DNA of 64,000 bases from Sedimentisphaerales bacterium (lineage in GTDB: Bacteria; Planctomycetota; Phycisphaerae; Sedimentisphaerales; SM23-30): assembly GCA_963666285.1 (NCBI GenBank), contig OY762711.1; one strand, 5' to 3'. How positions within the stretch are numbered: position 1 is the first letter of the stretch; each line of letters opens with the position of its first letter. The position numbers and the translations under genes are program-made. Shown piece after piece: positions 9,721-19,225 of the stretch. Under the pieces are notes generated by a model. It made no database searches. It worked only from the letters and a program-made list of their open reading frames with translations, and had not been told where the DNA came from.

Positions 9721-10875
9721 TTAATTGGCTTTTATTCCGCCGCCCAGAGGATGGGTACTCATTTCAAGCGGCTCAGTTCTGCCAAAGTCAACTTTGACAG
9801 GCCTTACAGACCAAACATTATCGATATAGCTGCGATCAGAACAGAAGAACATTCTGCCGTCAGGCGACCATGTCGGAGAAAAGTCTGCAGCATCACTTCC
9901 AGTTACACGATGGTTGTTCCGGCCAGTAATATCAACAACCCATATATCTTCACCGGCAGCGTCTGGAACCGGTGATGTTTGGCTATTTTCATGATCGTAC
10001 ATACTCTTGCCAACGGTACAGTATGCTATTTTAGAAGCATCTTTAGCCCAGGAAGGAGTAATACAAGCATAATTCACATTGCTTACTATCTCTGTCTCAT
10101 ATTTAGCTTCGCCATCAATCATATCTACAGTCCATATGCTAAACCATTGACTTCCGCGATAACGAGCTCTTTGAAATACTATTTTATTTAATTTCGGGTT
10201 AGGTGACCATTCTGGGAATAAGCCGTAACCAATCCATTTTTTCAAACTGGGGTTTTCAACGTCTACAACCCATAGCTCCCACTGCTTTGATCGTGGCCCA
10301 AAAGAACAATATACTATACTTTTCCCATCAGCCGACCATGATGGATGAATATCATTGCTGGCACTGCTGGTCAACCTGGTAGGATTTGAGCCATCCAACC
10401 CAATAACCCAGATATTCCATGAACCACTTCTGTTGCATGCGTATGCAATCTTATCACTGTTAGGAGAAAATGCCGGCTGAATTTCACTTGCCGGGTCACT
10501 GGTAAGCCTGGTAGCTACCATGCCATTAATCTGCTTAATGTATATATCGGGATTAGGTGCATGTCTTAAGGAACTGAAAGCTATCAACTTGTTATCATTA
10601 CTGATTACCGGATCATAATCGCCACCTTCTTCGCTAAAGCTATGCTGAATTAAAGAAGTAAAAGGCTTTGATTCAAATTCTATTGGCTGATAGCCGGAAA
10701 GATCGCCATTCAAACCTACATCCAATGACGTGTGCTGATACATTCCACCCTGTGACATAGGACGGCTGCCGGCACTATCATTATTAATGAAATTACATCC
10801 ACCGACAAATAATATACCGAATGAAAATAAAGTCAGAAATGTGGCTCTGTATTTCAACCCTGCAAAATGCATCAT
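9721..10875 (-). CDS. TolB-like beta-propeller lipoprotein (PD40 repeats)
   Basis: Lipobox VGGC; repeated PAFSPNSDKIAY, PSWSADGKSIVY, PTWSPDGR blades. Confidence 0.88.
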   Translation of the reverse strand: MMHFAGLKYRATFLTLFSFGILFVGGCNFINNDSAGSRPMSQGGMYQHTSLDVGLNGDLSGYQPIEFESKPFTSLIQHSFSEEGGDYDPVISNDNKLIAFSSLRHAPNPDIYIKQINGMVATRLTSDPASEIQPAFSPNSDKIAYACNRSGSWNIWVIGLDGSNPTRLTSSASNDIHPSWSADGKSIVYCSFGPRSKQWELWVVDVENPSLKKWIGYGLFPEWSPNPKLNKIVFQRARYRGSQWFSIWTVDMIDGEAKYETEIVSNVNYACITPSWAKDASKIAYCTVGKSMYDHENSQTSPVPDAAGEDIWVVDITGRNNHRVTGSDAADFSPTWSPDGRMFFCSDRSYIDNVWSVRPVKVDFGRTEPLEMSTHPLGGGIKAN

Positions 10876-11076
10876 AGGGCTTCCTTAATATTTAAAGCCT
10901 TTATTGCCGGTATCCCAGCAGCAATGTTAAAAGCTTTGTTCTCTTATGGTGGTACCTAACATCCTGTCATGGTACATTCTTTCTTAGACTTTCTTAATAA
11001 ATCTTATTATTTGACTTATCAAAATAAGGGCTCTTGTCATCCGTAAACTTTTCGAGTCCTATAAAAGCCTGAAAAT

Positions 11077-11105
11077 ACATCGACTATATAGTCAATAATT
11101 CTTTA
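11077..11105 (-). promoter_or_regulatory. Putative sigma28-type promoter of the TolB-like gene cluster
   Basis: TAAAG-N16-GTCGATGT. Confidence 0.55.
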
Positions 11106-11169
11106 ACTTTATCAGACCCATAAACTCCTTAAATGTTTCACTCGTAAACTATTTACTTTCAACGTGTTA

Positions 11170-11198
11170 CAAAAATAAAGATAAGCTTTGCCCGATAA
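11170..11198 (+). promoter_or_regulatory. Putative sigma28-type promoter of the MerR-type gene
   Basis: CAAAA-N16-CCCGATAA, divergent from the promoter at 11077-11105. Confidence 0.4.
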
Positions 11199-11278
11199 AA
11201 AAATAAAAGTTATAATAAAAAATAAGCTGAACTGTAACATTATGGGACCAAAAGTGTTAGTAACTTTGAGAACGTTTG

Positions 11279-11542
11279 ATGAAAAAAATAGTCAATAATG
11301 ATCATGAACAGGAAATGGTAGGCCTGGGCAGGGCCGCCCATACGGCAGGAATATCTACCGGCAGTCTGCAGTACTATATTATGTGCGGATTGATAGAGCC
11401 TGATATGTACACACCTACAGGCAGAAAAAGATTCAGTACAGACAATATTGAAAGAATAAAATTGATTAAACAATTGAATGAAAGCGGTTATCCTTTAAGG
11501 GAAATTCGCGAAATTTTCCTTAAACGAAAAATAATCAAGTAA
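11279..11542 (+). CDS. MerR-family HTH protein (HTH only)
   Basis: AAHTAGISTGSLQYY..GLIEP..TPTGRKRFS..IERIKLIKQL..GYPLREIRE. Confidence 0.85.
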   Translation: MKKIVNNDHEQEMVGLGRAAHTAGISTGSLQYYIMCGLIEPDMYTPTGRKRFSTDNIERIKLIKQLNESGYPLREIREIFLKRKIIK

Positions 11543-11553
11543 TTTCCAGCCTT

Positions 11554-12840
11554 CTATTCTATTCTTAATGATTCAACCGGATTTTGCCTGGCAGCCAAAA
11601 TTGCCGGGATTAGTGCGCCTGCAACAGAAAAAATAATTGCAGCCAGACATATTCCAACTGTATCGGAGATTACTACCGTATCTGGTATCTTTTCAATAGC
11701 ATACATACCTTCAGGCCACAACTTAAAATTCAAAAGTTCTTCTATCTTATTTGTATTAAAGACAAAAGTAACACCTAAAACTACTCCAATTACAGTCCCG
11801 ATCAAGCCAACAATTAACCCAAAGTATAAATAAATACCTGCCAACAGTCCTCTGCTGCCCCCACAGCTTTTTATAATGCCAATGTCTTTTTGCTTTTCCA
11901 GCACAATCATATGGAATATTGCAAATATAATAAAACTGCAAACAACTGCTATCAAACAAAATACGAGAGACATCATATTCTTTTCGTGTTCCAGCGGTTC
12001 AATGTTTGCTCGGCGAAAAACATCCCATCTTTGTACTTTAACATCACGCAACAACTTTGCCTGACCGGCTAAATCTTTTTCTTTTACAAAAGTTTCCCAC
12101 AAGTTATCAACATTATTTACAGCCTCTTCAAGTTTAGTGCCTTCACGAAGTTTGATGCGTAACTCATGTATTCTTGGTGGATTATTATCCTGACCGGCCA
12201 TCCAGCATAATTTCTGCAGCTCATTAAAATCTACATAAATGGCAATATCAATATCGGGCATACCAGTTTTGAACATATCGACAACTTTGAAGTTCTGATT
12301 CATACCGGCTTCAGGCCCGGCCGGCATCCCTCGATAATCAATGCCTGGAAAAGTAATCCCTATCTGTCGCCCTTGCCAGCTGCCGGAGCCGAAATGTCTT
12401 CCAGCAAAACACCCATTAGATATGCCATCATAATTAACTGGGCAAGTAAAATTATCGGGAAAATCCGGATCATCGGTCTGCAATTTTCCCGGACTGACAA
12501 CTTTTTTAAACGTGCTGAGTTCAATACCATAAACAGGAACAGGCAGATCGTCAAAAGCTATCCCAAATGCCGTAATAACAGGTGTAACTGCCTGAATATA
12601 CTCCTGATTCGTAAGAATCTGAGAAAAATCGGCATAATGATCAAATCCGACCAGAGATGAACGGTTTAGTACTATATCGCCGGACCAAATGTGGTTCTTA
12701 CCCCGGACCTCGTTCACTAAACCGGACATTACATTCAAGACAATTACGACCATCATCACAATAAGTGAAACAGCCGCTATAGCAGCCCAGGCTACCCGTT
12801 TTTTTGTAAAATATCTCCAACTGAGAATAAACTGTATCAT
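11554..12840 (-). CDS. LolC/LolE-family (FtsX-like) ABC transporter permease
   Basis: N-terminal TM, periplasmic domain, EKQKDIGIIKSCGG motif, three C-terminal TMs, PAILAARQNPVESLR. Confidence 0.88.
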   Translation of the reverse strand: MIQFILSWRYFTKKRVAWAAIAAVSLIVMMVVIVLNVMSGLVNEVRGKNHIWSGDIVLNRSSLVGFDHYADFSQILTNQEYIQAVTPVITAFGIAFDDLPVPVYGIELSTFKKVVSPGKLQTDDPDFPDNFTCPVNYDGISNGCFAGRHFGSGSWQGRQIGITFPGIDYRGMPAGPEAGMNQNFKVVDMFKTGMPDIDIAIYVDFNELQKLCWMAGQDNNPPRIHELRIKLREGTKLEEAVNNVDNLWETFVKEKDLAGQAKLLRDVKVQRWDVFRRANIEPLEHEKNMMSLVFCLIAVVCSFIIFAIFHMIVLEKQKDIGIIKSCGGSRGLLAGIYLYFGLIVGLIGTVIGVVLGVTFVFNTNKIEELLNFKLWPEGMYAIEKIPDTVVISDTVGICLAAIIFSVAGALIPAILAARQNPVESLRIE

Positions 12841-12971
12841 TCATGCACCAGATCAAATTCGCTATATTATCGAGATAAAACTAATTAGAGAATGATAACA
12901 GTTTTTGAAATAATAAGCAAAATATAACTAATCCAGCATCTTCTCATTCAAGCTAATATTGAAGCTTGAAA

Positions 12972-13169
12972 TTAAAATGGACACGCAAAAAATGATTCTA
13001 TTGCACTTTCGATTTGGTCGTAATTAAGCCCCCGCTCAACCTGCACTTTGCGAAACTGCAGCTCACCAGCAGCAAATTGATTACCCCTGGCTATTTCTTC
13101 TGATAATTCTCGCTGTCTATCTAATTCTCGGGGATCAATACCGGTCGGATATGTTTCGACATTAATCAT
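12972..13169 (-). CDS. Small hypothetical protein
   Basis: 65 aa ORF with SD-like AAGGAAG and a sigma28-type motif about 80 bp upstream. Confidence 0.5.
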   Translation of the reverse strand: MINVETYPTGIDPRELDRQRELSEEIARGNQFAAGELQFRKVQVERGLNYDQIESAIESFFACPF

Positions 13170-13251
13170 AGCTAACTTCCTTGTCTTATCAACAAAGCAA
13201 AATAATTTGCTTCAATCCTTTTTTATTAAATTATTCTTCTCTGCTCACTTG

Positions 13252-13281
13252 ATATCGACAAAGAAAATACCAGATAATTGA
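13252..13281 (-). promoter_or_regulatory. Putative sigma28-type promoter
   Basis: TCAAT-N17-GTCGATAT. Confidence 0.45.
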
Positions 13282-13405
13282 AAAAAGCATAAAAATAGTA
13301 TTATCAGACTAAGTCACGAAACAATAACAACTTATGTGGACCCTAGCGGCTGTTATCCGGACTTTACCCCTGTTGAAGATTCATCTGTATGACCTATCCG
13401 GGCAT

Positions 13406-13432
13406 AAAAAAACCCGCTCAAAAAAAGCGGGT
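13406..13432 (-). terminator. Rho-independent terminator
   Basis: ACCCGCT/AGCGGGT stem followed by a T tract downstream of the HD-domain gene. Confidence 0.75.
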
Positions 13433-13461
13433 AAAAGGTGGAAAACGATCATTACTACAGG

Positions 13462-14205
13462 CTAAATAAATTGTTTATCCTGTTTTGTTGTCACTGGTTT
13501 TTCAACAATTCTATTATTAAACTGCTGTTGTAGAATAATATCCTCTAAATCGGCAGCTCTGTTTTCTATATCCATCTGTTCCATAAACAAAATTGCTCTG
13601 TTCAGCCTTTGTTCTGCTACTATTCTGACACTATCAAATCTGAAACTTTCTCTCAGTCGTGCATTCCAGTACTCATATTCTATTTTACGATTCCAACTGG
13701 CAATTGCATCAGTTGCTCCACGGCCATGGATCATATACCTGCGAGATTCATTAAAAATACCTATAGCTCCCATATCATCCAGATTACGGGCGTCAGATAA
13801 TATCATAGCCTCGGAAAGGGAAGTATTTCGTTTACCCGACTCAATTATGATACTGCAAACTCTTTCCATCTCCCGAGGAGTTAATATTCCAACCAATTTT
13901 TCCTGGACGACCTGAGCCGAAAAATCTCTCATATCTTCATCTGAGAGATCTGCCAGAACCATTCGAGACATCTTGTCCTGCTCATTTGCATATCGTGCAA
14001 AACCGGTATCACGCATTAAAGCCGCTATATTCAGGCAGTTATGGTCGACATGAAAGCGTCGGACATCCGGCAGCTGCGAAATACAGCCGCAATGGCGAAG
14101 AACTCGGTAGGCTCTATCTATTAGATATCTATCAGGCGTATCCTTTAACGTCGGAACGGATAACGCCTGTTCAGCTATTTCTTTAACTACAATTAAATCG
14201 CTCAT
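13462..14205 (-). CDS. HD-superfamily fold protein with degenerate metal site
   Basis: DRAYRV, AALMRD (expected AALLHD), ILSDARNLDDMGAIG. Confidence 0.75.
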   Translation of the reverse strand: MSDLIVVKEIAEQALSVPTLKDTPDRYLIDRAYRVLRHCGCISQLPDVRRFHVDHNCLNIAALMRDTGFARYANEQDKMSRMVLADLSDEDMRDFSAQVVQEKLVGILTPREMERVCSIIIESGKRNTSLSEAMILSDARNLDDMGAIGIFNESRRYMIHGRGATDAIASWNRKIEYEYWNARLRESFRFDSVRIVAEQRLNRAILFMEQMDIENRAADLEDIILQQQFNNRIVEKPVTTKQDKQFI

Positions 14206-14268
14206 AATACAAGACTCCTGATAAAACCGGCTTAAAAGAATACCGCAAAAAGTAATTCTTCAGATTCT

Positions 14269-14297
14269 TTATCGGATTCGATTTTAATATTACTTGA
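14269..14297 (-). promoter_or_regulatory. Putative sigma28-type promoter
   Basis: TCAAG-N16-TCCGATAA, about 60 bp upstream of the HD gene start. Confidence 0.6.
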
Positions 14298-14668
14298 ATC
14301 TTTCCAAGAGCAATAAAAAAAAGAATATATATGTCCATCAGATTCGATTTTGCGCATACCAAAATCTTCTGGCATATCACAAATTGCCAGTTTTCTGCTC
14401 GAATAATAAAGTCCAATTAATTCATTTTCACAAATGGTCCCACCGAATAGCAAGACGCAAGAAATTTAACTGTGAATAAACAAACGAGTAATACAGGTAC
14501 TATCTCATAATATCCGCTAAAAATCCAGTAAATAAATCCAGATAATTCATTTTAATTTGCCGTCAATACAGCGTAATTTCAGACTAATTTGATCAAAGTA
14601 AAAAAAGCCTTTAAATCAAACTATAAAAAGAAGTTGAAAGTTAATTCAAATTGCCTAAAATACCATAT

Positions 14669-15415
14669 ATGAACGAAAGGATAAAAGATAACCTTCAACG
14701 GATCAAAGACAATATCGTCGATTCCTGTGCAAAAGTAGGCCGCGATCCATCAGAAGTAACACTTATTGCTGTTACAAAAAATGTTGAGCCTACCGTAATC
14801 CGTACATTGCTTGATCTGGAACATGAAAACCTGGGAGAATCTCGTCCCCAGGAACTGGTCAAAAGAAATGCCCTTGTATCAGAAGCATTGCACCGAAGAG
14901 TAGAATTGCCGGGGCTAGTTGCAGATCCCAGGCCTATTATTCGCCCTAAATGGCATATGATCGGACATCTTCAGCGTAATAAAGTCAAAAGTATTTTGCC
15001 AATGGTCGAATATATTCATTCTGTTGATTCTCTCAGACTGGCAGAAGAGATTAATACTTCTGCAGCGAGATTAGGAATGGAAAAAAAGGTTAAAATCTTT
15101 TTACAGGTCAATGTTAGTGAAGAACCGCAGAAATATGGGCTGGCTGTCGGCGCTCTTACCCCGCTGGCCGAGCAGATTCGCACTCTGCCAAACCTGAATA
15201 TATGCGGACTCATGACAATGGCGTCAAATACTGAAGACACAGACACTTGCAGATTCTGCTTTAACCGACTGAGAGAACTTTTCGAGGAAATTAAGGGTGA
15301 ACAGATTCTTGGTGACTGTTTTCAGCATCTCTCTATGGGGATGAGTCAGGACTACCGGATTGCAGTCGAAGAAGGAGCTACAATGTTGAGGATAGGGTCA
15401 GCATTATTTGAATGA
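14669..15415 (+). CDS. yggS: YggS/PLPBP pyridoxal-phosphate homeostasis protein
   Basis: LIAVTK, LGESRPQE, WHMIGHLQRNKVK, IHSVDS, GLMTM, LSMGMSQDY, LRIGSALF. Confidence 0.95.
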   Translation: MNERIKDNLQRIKDNIVDSCAKVGRDPSEVTLIAVTKNVEPTVIRTLLDLEHENLGESRPQELVKRNALVSEALHRRVELPGLVADPRPIIRPKWHMIGHLQRNKVKSILPMVEYIHSVDSLRLAEEINTSAARLGMEKKVKIFLQVNVSEEPQKYGLAVGALTPLAEQIRTLPNLNICGLMTMASNTEDTDTCRFCFNRLRELFEEIKGEQILGDCFQHLSMGMSQDYRIAVEEGATMLRIGSALFE

Positions 15416-15440
15416 TTAGTACATTATTTGGAATATTTTC

Positions 15441-15473
15441 AAAGATCATCTTTCAAGGGTGATCTTTTTTTTT
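15441..15473 (+). terminator. Rho-independent terminator
   Basis: AAAGATCATC-loop-GGTGATCTTT plus T tract after yggS. Confidence 0.7.
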
Positions 15474-15502
15474 GAACTTTTTAGCCATCCCATGTTACTC
15501 TA
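15474..15502 (+). promoter_or_regulatory. Putative ECF-sigma promoter (possible autoregulation)
   Basis: GAACTT -35 box followed after about 16 nt by TACTCTA, just upstream of the ECF sigma ATG. Confidence 0.4.
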
Positions 15503-15514
15503 TTAATACATAAT

Positions 15515-16021
15515 ATGTTTGATAGAAATACACAGTCATTTAAGATTGAATATCTGGAACAAATGTACCTTGATTATGGACCGGATATTATGAGGTTCCT
15601 GGCTAGAAAAGTTGGGCCGACAGCAGCATCGGATCTGTTTCAGGACACATTTGTTCAAGCCCTTACCCATTTTGACAAGTTAGACAGCATTGTCTCTCCT
15701 AAAGCCTGGCTTATCAAGATAGCATATAATTTATCCTGCAATTTCTATCGTAAAAAGAAATTATCATTTATTGAACTTTCTGAAGATCATATCTTTATAA
15801 AAAATAATAATGAAGACCCGCGTCTGGACAGAATACGAAATATTGTTCAAACACTTCCGACACAAAAAAAAGATATTATACTGTTAAAATGGTACGACCA
15901 GCTCAGCTATGAAGAAATATCGCATATTCTTGAGATACCAATTGGGACCGTCCGTTCCAGGCTGCATAATTCAATGAATCTAATACGTCGGCAACTGTCT
16001 TTATCAACAACGGAGGTATAA
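15515..16021 (+). CDS. ECF RNA polymerase sigma factor
   Basis: DLFQDTFVQA, KAWLIKIAYN (region 2); LSYEEISHILEIPIGTVRSRLH (region 4). Confidence 0.92.
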   Translation: MFDRNTQSFKIEYLEQMYLDYGPDIMRFLARKVGPTAASDLFQDTFVQALTHFDKLDSIVSPKAWLIKIAYNLSCNFYRKKKLSFIELSEDHIFIKNNNEDPRLDRIRNIVQTLPTQKKDIILLKWYDQLSYEEISHILEIPIGTVRSRLHNSMNLIRRQLSLSTTEV

Positions 16022-16022
16022 A

Positions 16023-16541
16023 ATGGAATATGAATTAATAGAATCGCTGCTTATTGACAAACAAATGGGGAACTTATCTGATCAAAGTGCACAATTACTT
16101 AACCAATACATATCCGAACACGAAGGCATAAACGATCTGGATAATCAATTCAAATACATATTTACATTAAGTAAAAATGCATTTGAATCAAAATGTGAAT
16201 TAGATCTACCTCAATTCCCTCTTGATAAGCTGACTGACAATGTAAAAGTAAAACGAAATAATAATATAACGAAGATAAGCTCTATTGCTGCATTAATTGC
16301 CCTTATATTTTGGCTGGGAGTTAACCTTGGAACAACAATAGATCCCGAAGACAAATTACAAACGAAAATAATAAACAGTCAGACTCCAAATATATATGTT
16401 CTCAAAAATAATAGTTCACATTTTCCACAAAGTTATTTTGAAAATCTAAAAAAGTTGCGAATTGACAATAATTACAAAAGCATCCAAGAAAGTTACTCAG
16501 AAATATTTAATAAGTATTCAAATAAAAAACAAAGTTTATAA
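16023..16541 (+). CDS. Putative membrane anti-sigma factor
   Basis: Starts 1 bp after the sigma gene; N-terminal helical domain plus single TM (IAALIALIFWLGV). Confidence 0.7.
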   Translation: MEYELIESLLIDKQMGNLSDQSAQLLNQYISEHEGINDLDNQFKYIFTLSKNAFESKCELDLPQFPLDKLTDNVKVKRNNNITKISSIAALIALIFWLGVNLGTTIDPEDKLQTKIINSQTPNIYVLKNNSSHFPQSYFENLKKLRIDNNYKSIQESYSEIFNKYSNKKQSL

Positions 16542-16560
16542 TAGTGCGGTATCGCACTTT

Positions 16561-16726
16561 TGACTGTTCAACATTACACGCAAAGGCCGGAACAGGGCCT
16601 TGTGAATGAAAAACTATATATTTAAATGTGTTTCAGAGCTAATTCTCGAAAGTACATTTAATTCAAAGCGTTGCAGGAAGGCCCTTTTAGGCGATTTTTG
16701 CAACTTAAAAACTGCGAAAGTAAACT
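16561..16726. repeat. Dispersed intergenic element, copy 1
   Basis: Two blocks shared with 53098-53276: TGACTGTTCAACATTAYACGCAAAGRCCRGAACAKGG and CCTTTTAGGCGWTTTTWGCAACTTAAAAA..TGCRAAAGT. Confidence 0.75.
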
Positions 16727-16770
16727 AATTTTTTTAACAGAAATTTATTAGTACTAAACGAGGTGCCGAC

Positions 16771-18102
16771 ATGTCAGATAAAATAAAAATTACAGCTATC
16801 ATTTTGTTATTATCATCCATATTTTTTTTGAATGGCTGTTTTCCAAAACGTGTAGTATGGAATCCTTCCGGCCAGTACGCAGCTGTATTGGGAAATGAAG
16901 GCGAGTTATATATTACTGATGCACAAGGAAACCTGTCTGAAATGTTATATGATGACGTTTTCAGAATTGAATGGTTTGATGACAATAAAACCTTTCTGGC
17001 TGCAAGGCAGAAATCTATCGCAAACTGGGAACAGGCAGAGAGTGAACTGTCAAAAGCAAATCTGGATATAATTATAAATGCTGCTCAGGAAACCCACGGA
17101 GGAAAGGTCATAACAAAGTGGCAGCCCAATAAAGGTTTATTCAACACCGAAGATGATATCGAAAATGCGGTTAAAGTATATATCAGAGATGTAACCCCAA
17201 AAATGGCGACAGAAGAAATAATAAACTCTTGGAAAAATGTCTCATTCGATGCATATTTTGTGGAGAAATGCTCCTGGGATAATAAATTTATATCCGAAAA
17301 ACAATTATTTAACACTCTGGAAATAATCTGGGACATGAGAATTTCTCCCGATAATAAAAATTTATTATTCACCCAATCGTCAAAATCAATCGAATCAATA
17401 AAAATGAATGCTTTTAATTTTGAAAGTCAAAATATCCTGCATATTGATGACATGACAAGCATGTATCCGGATTGGTCGGTCGATGGAAAGTCAATTTTCT
17501 ATGTCAAATTCATCGGAGAAGAATACGACGATATGGTTATTGGAAATCTAAATACCATAACCATATGTAATGACAATGGTGAATTGTTAAAAGAAGCACA
17601 AAACAAAAATCAACAATTAACCCTTGCAGTAAACGGTCTCGCAAAAATACGATGCTTAGATGACAACAGAATCATTTTTTCTTCTATGGAAATATCATTA
17701 CCCGGCAATACAGATGATTTTTCTGAACAACCACTGCTGTTTATGATCGAACCTGGCAAACATAAAAGCATTGTCCCTCTCGTACCAAAAAGTTCATTCC
17801 ATGAAATCGCCGGATATGATCTGAACTTCTTTGAAGTCAGTCCCGACAAGCAATATGTGTCAATGATAGATCATGATTCCAGAGTGGCTGTCATGGAATT
17901 AGCCACAGGCCGGGTAACAATAATGCAGCCGGAAGATATGGGTGATATCGAGTCAATTCCTACCTGGCGAGGGTCAAATGAGTTATGTTATTTCGGTAAA
18001 AATGAAAATGGCGATTTCATTGCACTGCAAAAACCGGGAACCCCTGCAAGCAATCTCAGTATTAACTGGCCCGACGAAGTGAAAAAAGAAATTTTAGACT
18101 AA
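16771..18102 (+). CDS. Lipoprotein with TolB-like propeller repeats
   Basis: Lipobox LNGC; WNPSGQY, ISPDNKNL, PDWSVDGK, VSPDKQY repeats. Confidence 0.75.
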   Translation: MSDKIKITAIILLLSSIFFLNGCFPKRVVWNPSGQYAAVLGNEGELYITDAQGNLSEMLYDDVFRIEWFDDNKTFLAARQKSIANWEQAESELSKANLDIIINAAQETHGGKVITKWQPNKGLFNTEDDIENAVKVYIRDVTPKMATEEIINSWKNVSFDAYFVEKCSWDNKFISEKQLFNTLEIIWDMRISPDNKNLLFTQSSKSIESIKMNAFNFESQNILHIDDMTSMYPDWSVDGKSIFYVKFIGEEYDDMVIGNLNTITICNDNGELLKEAQNKNQQLTLAVNGLAKIRCLDDNRIIFSSMEISLPGNTDDFSEQPLLFMIEPGKHKSIVPLVPKSSFHEIAGYDLNFFEVSPDKQYVSMIDHDSRVAVMELATGRVTIMQPEDMGDIESIPTWRGSNELCYFGKNENGDFIALQKPGTPASNLSINWPDEVKKEILD

Positions 18103-18114
18103 AGGTTACTCTAA

Positions 18115-18162
18115 AAAAATAAAAGGCGGGCTGGAATAATATCCGGGCTCGCCTTTTTATTT
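18115..18162. terminator. Bidirectional rho-independent terminator
   Basis: AAAAGGCGGGC...GCTCGCCTTTTT between convergent genes. Confidence 0.8.
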
Positions 18163-18179
18163 CTTGTATAAACTATAGA

Positions 18180-18509
18180 CTATGCCAGTTCGTCAATTGC
18201 TGCCTGCAAGTCTCCTTTGCTTACCATGCCAACATTCTGCTTAACAACTTCACCGCCCTTAAAGAAAATTATAGTTGGGATAGATGTTATATTAAACTTT
18301 GCTGCTGTTTCACGGTTATTATCTGTATCAACTTTGCCAATCTTAACCTTACCGACATTATCGGTTGCCAATTCATCGATCACAGGACCAAGCATTCTGC
18401 ACGGGCCACACCATTCTGCCCAAAAATCTACAATTACCAGTGTGTCAGAGTTTAATACTTCAGATTCAAAATTGGCATCTGTAATTACCAGTGTATCTTT
18501 TCCAGCCAT
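18180..18509 (-). CDS. trxA: Thioredoxin
   Basis: DFWAEWCGPC active site, SIPT cis-proline motif. Confidence 0.97.
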   Translation of the reverse strand: MAGKDTLVITDANFESEVLNSDTLVIVDFWAEWCGPCRMLGPVIDELATDNVGKVKIGKVDTDNNRETAAKFNITSIPTIIFFKGGEVVKQNVGMVSKGDLQAAIDELA

Positions 18510-18714
18510 TTACGCTTCCTCCATAATAGAGTTTTTAGTTTTATTTTCTTAGCTTTGCTTTTAGCAAACAATAATTTTCACATTCCCATTTAGGAAATAT
18601 AAATAGTATGTGATATATTATTGAGAGATCAGGATTTAATGTCAAGCCATATATTACTATTTCTTACGTAAAACTCTATAATGTAAGCATTTATTAACGA
18701 TTAATCACAATAAT

Positions 18715-18752
18715 AAAAAACGCTCTCGCAATGTAAATATCACGGGAGCGTT
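18715..18752 (-). terminator. Rho-independent terminator of tatA
   Basis: AACGCTCCCG...CGAGAGCGTTTTTT on the minus strand. Confidence 0.7.
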
Positions 18753-18778
18753 AAAATTTCTAATCTGAAATAATAAAT

Positions 18779-19009
18779 TTAGTTGCCGGTATTATCGTCA
18801 TTTTTGTTGACTTCACGGTCGATATCATCGTTTACGCTATCAACCTCGTCTTGAACATTTTTTAGACCTTTCTTAAATTCGACAACACTTTTGCCCATAT
18901 TTCTTGCAACTGTTGGTAAATTGCGGCCAAAGATCAAAAGCGCAACTACAGCAATTACCAAATACTCGGTTCCTCCGAGATTAAAAAAAGCTAGAATATT
19001 TTGATTCAT
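18779..19009 (-). CDS. tatA: Twin-arginine translocase TatA/E subunit
   Basis: LGGTEYLVIAVVALLIFGRNLP..ARNMGKSVVEFKKG. Confidence 0.93.
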   Translation of the reverse strand: MNQNILAFFNLGGTEYLVIAVVALLIFGRNLPTVARNMGKSVVEFKKGLKNVQDEVDSVNDDIDREVNKNDDNTGN

Positions 19010-19225
19010 CTTGGTGATACCTCTTTCAATATTTTAAGCAATAAGTAAAAGTATACTTGTTTCTGGCTAAACATTAATTATATCATGAATATTCAATAAT
19101 TCAAACTGTATTTAATAGCCGGGAAATCAACATACGCCAAAATTTACAGAAATAATAAATCTTAATACGACCGGCAACACCTAGGTCAACCAACATAAGG
19201 TGTTTTATAAAAAAGACTTATACTA

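Noticed and set aside
11134..11149. parS-like sequence TGTTTCACTCGTAAAC
   Set aside because: Only a half-site matches TGTTTCACGTGAAACA and it is not palindromic.
16576..16600. c-di-GMP-I riboswitch (ACGCAAAG core)
   Set aside because: The upstream GGCAAA/GAAA-tetraloop stem is absent.
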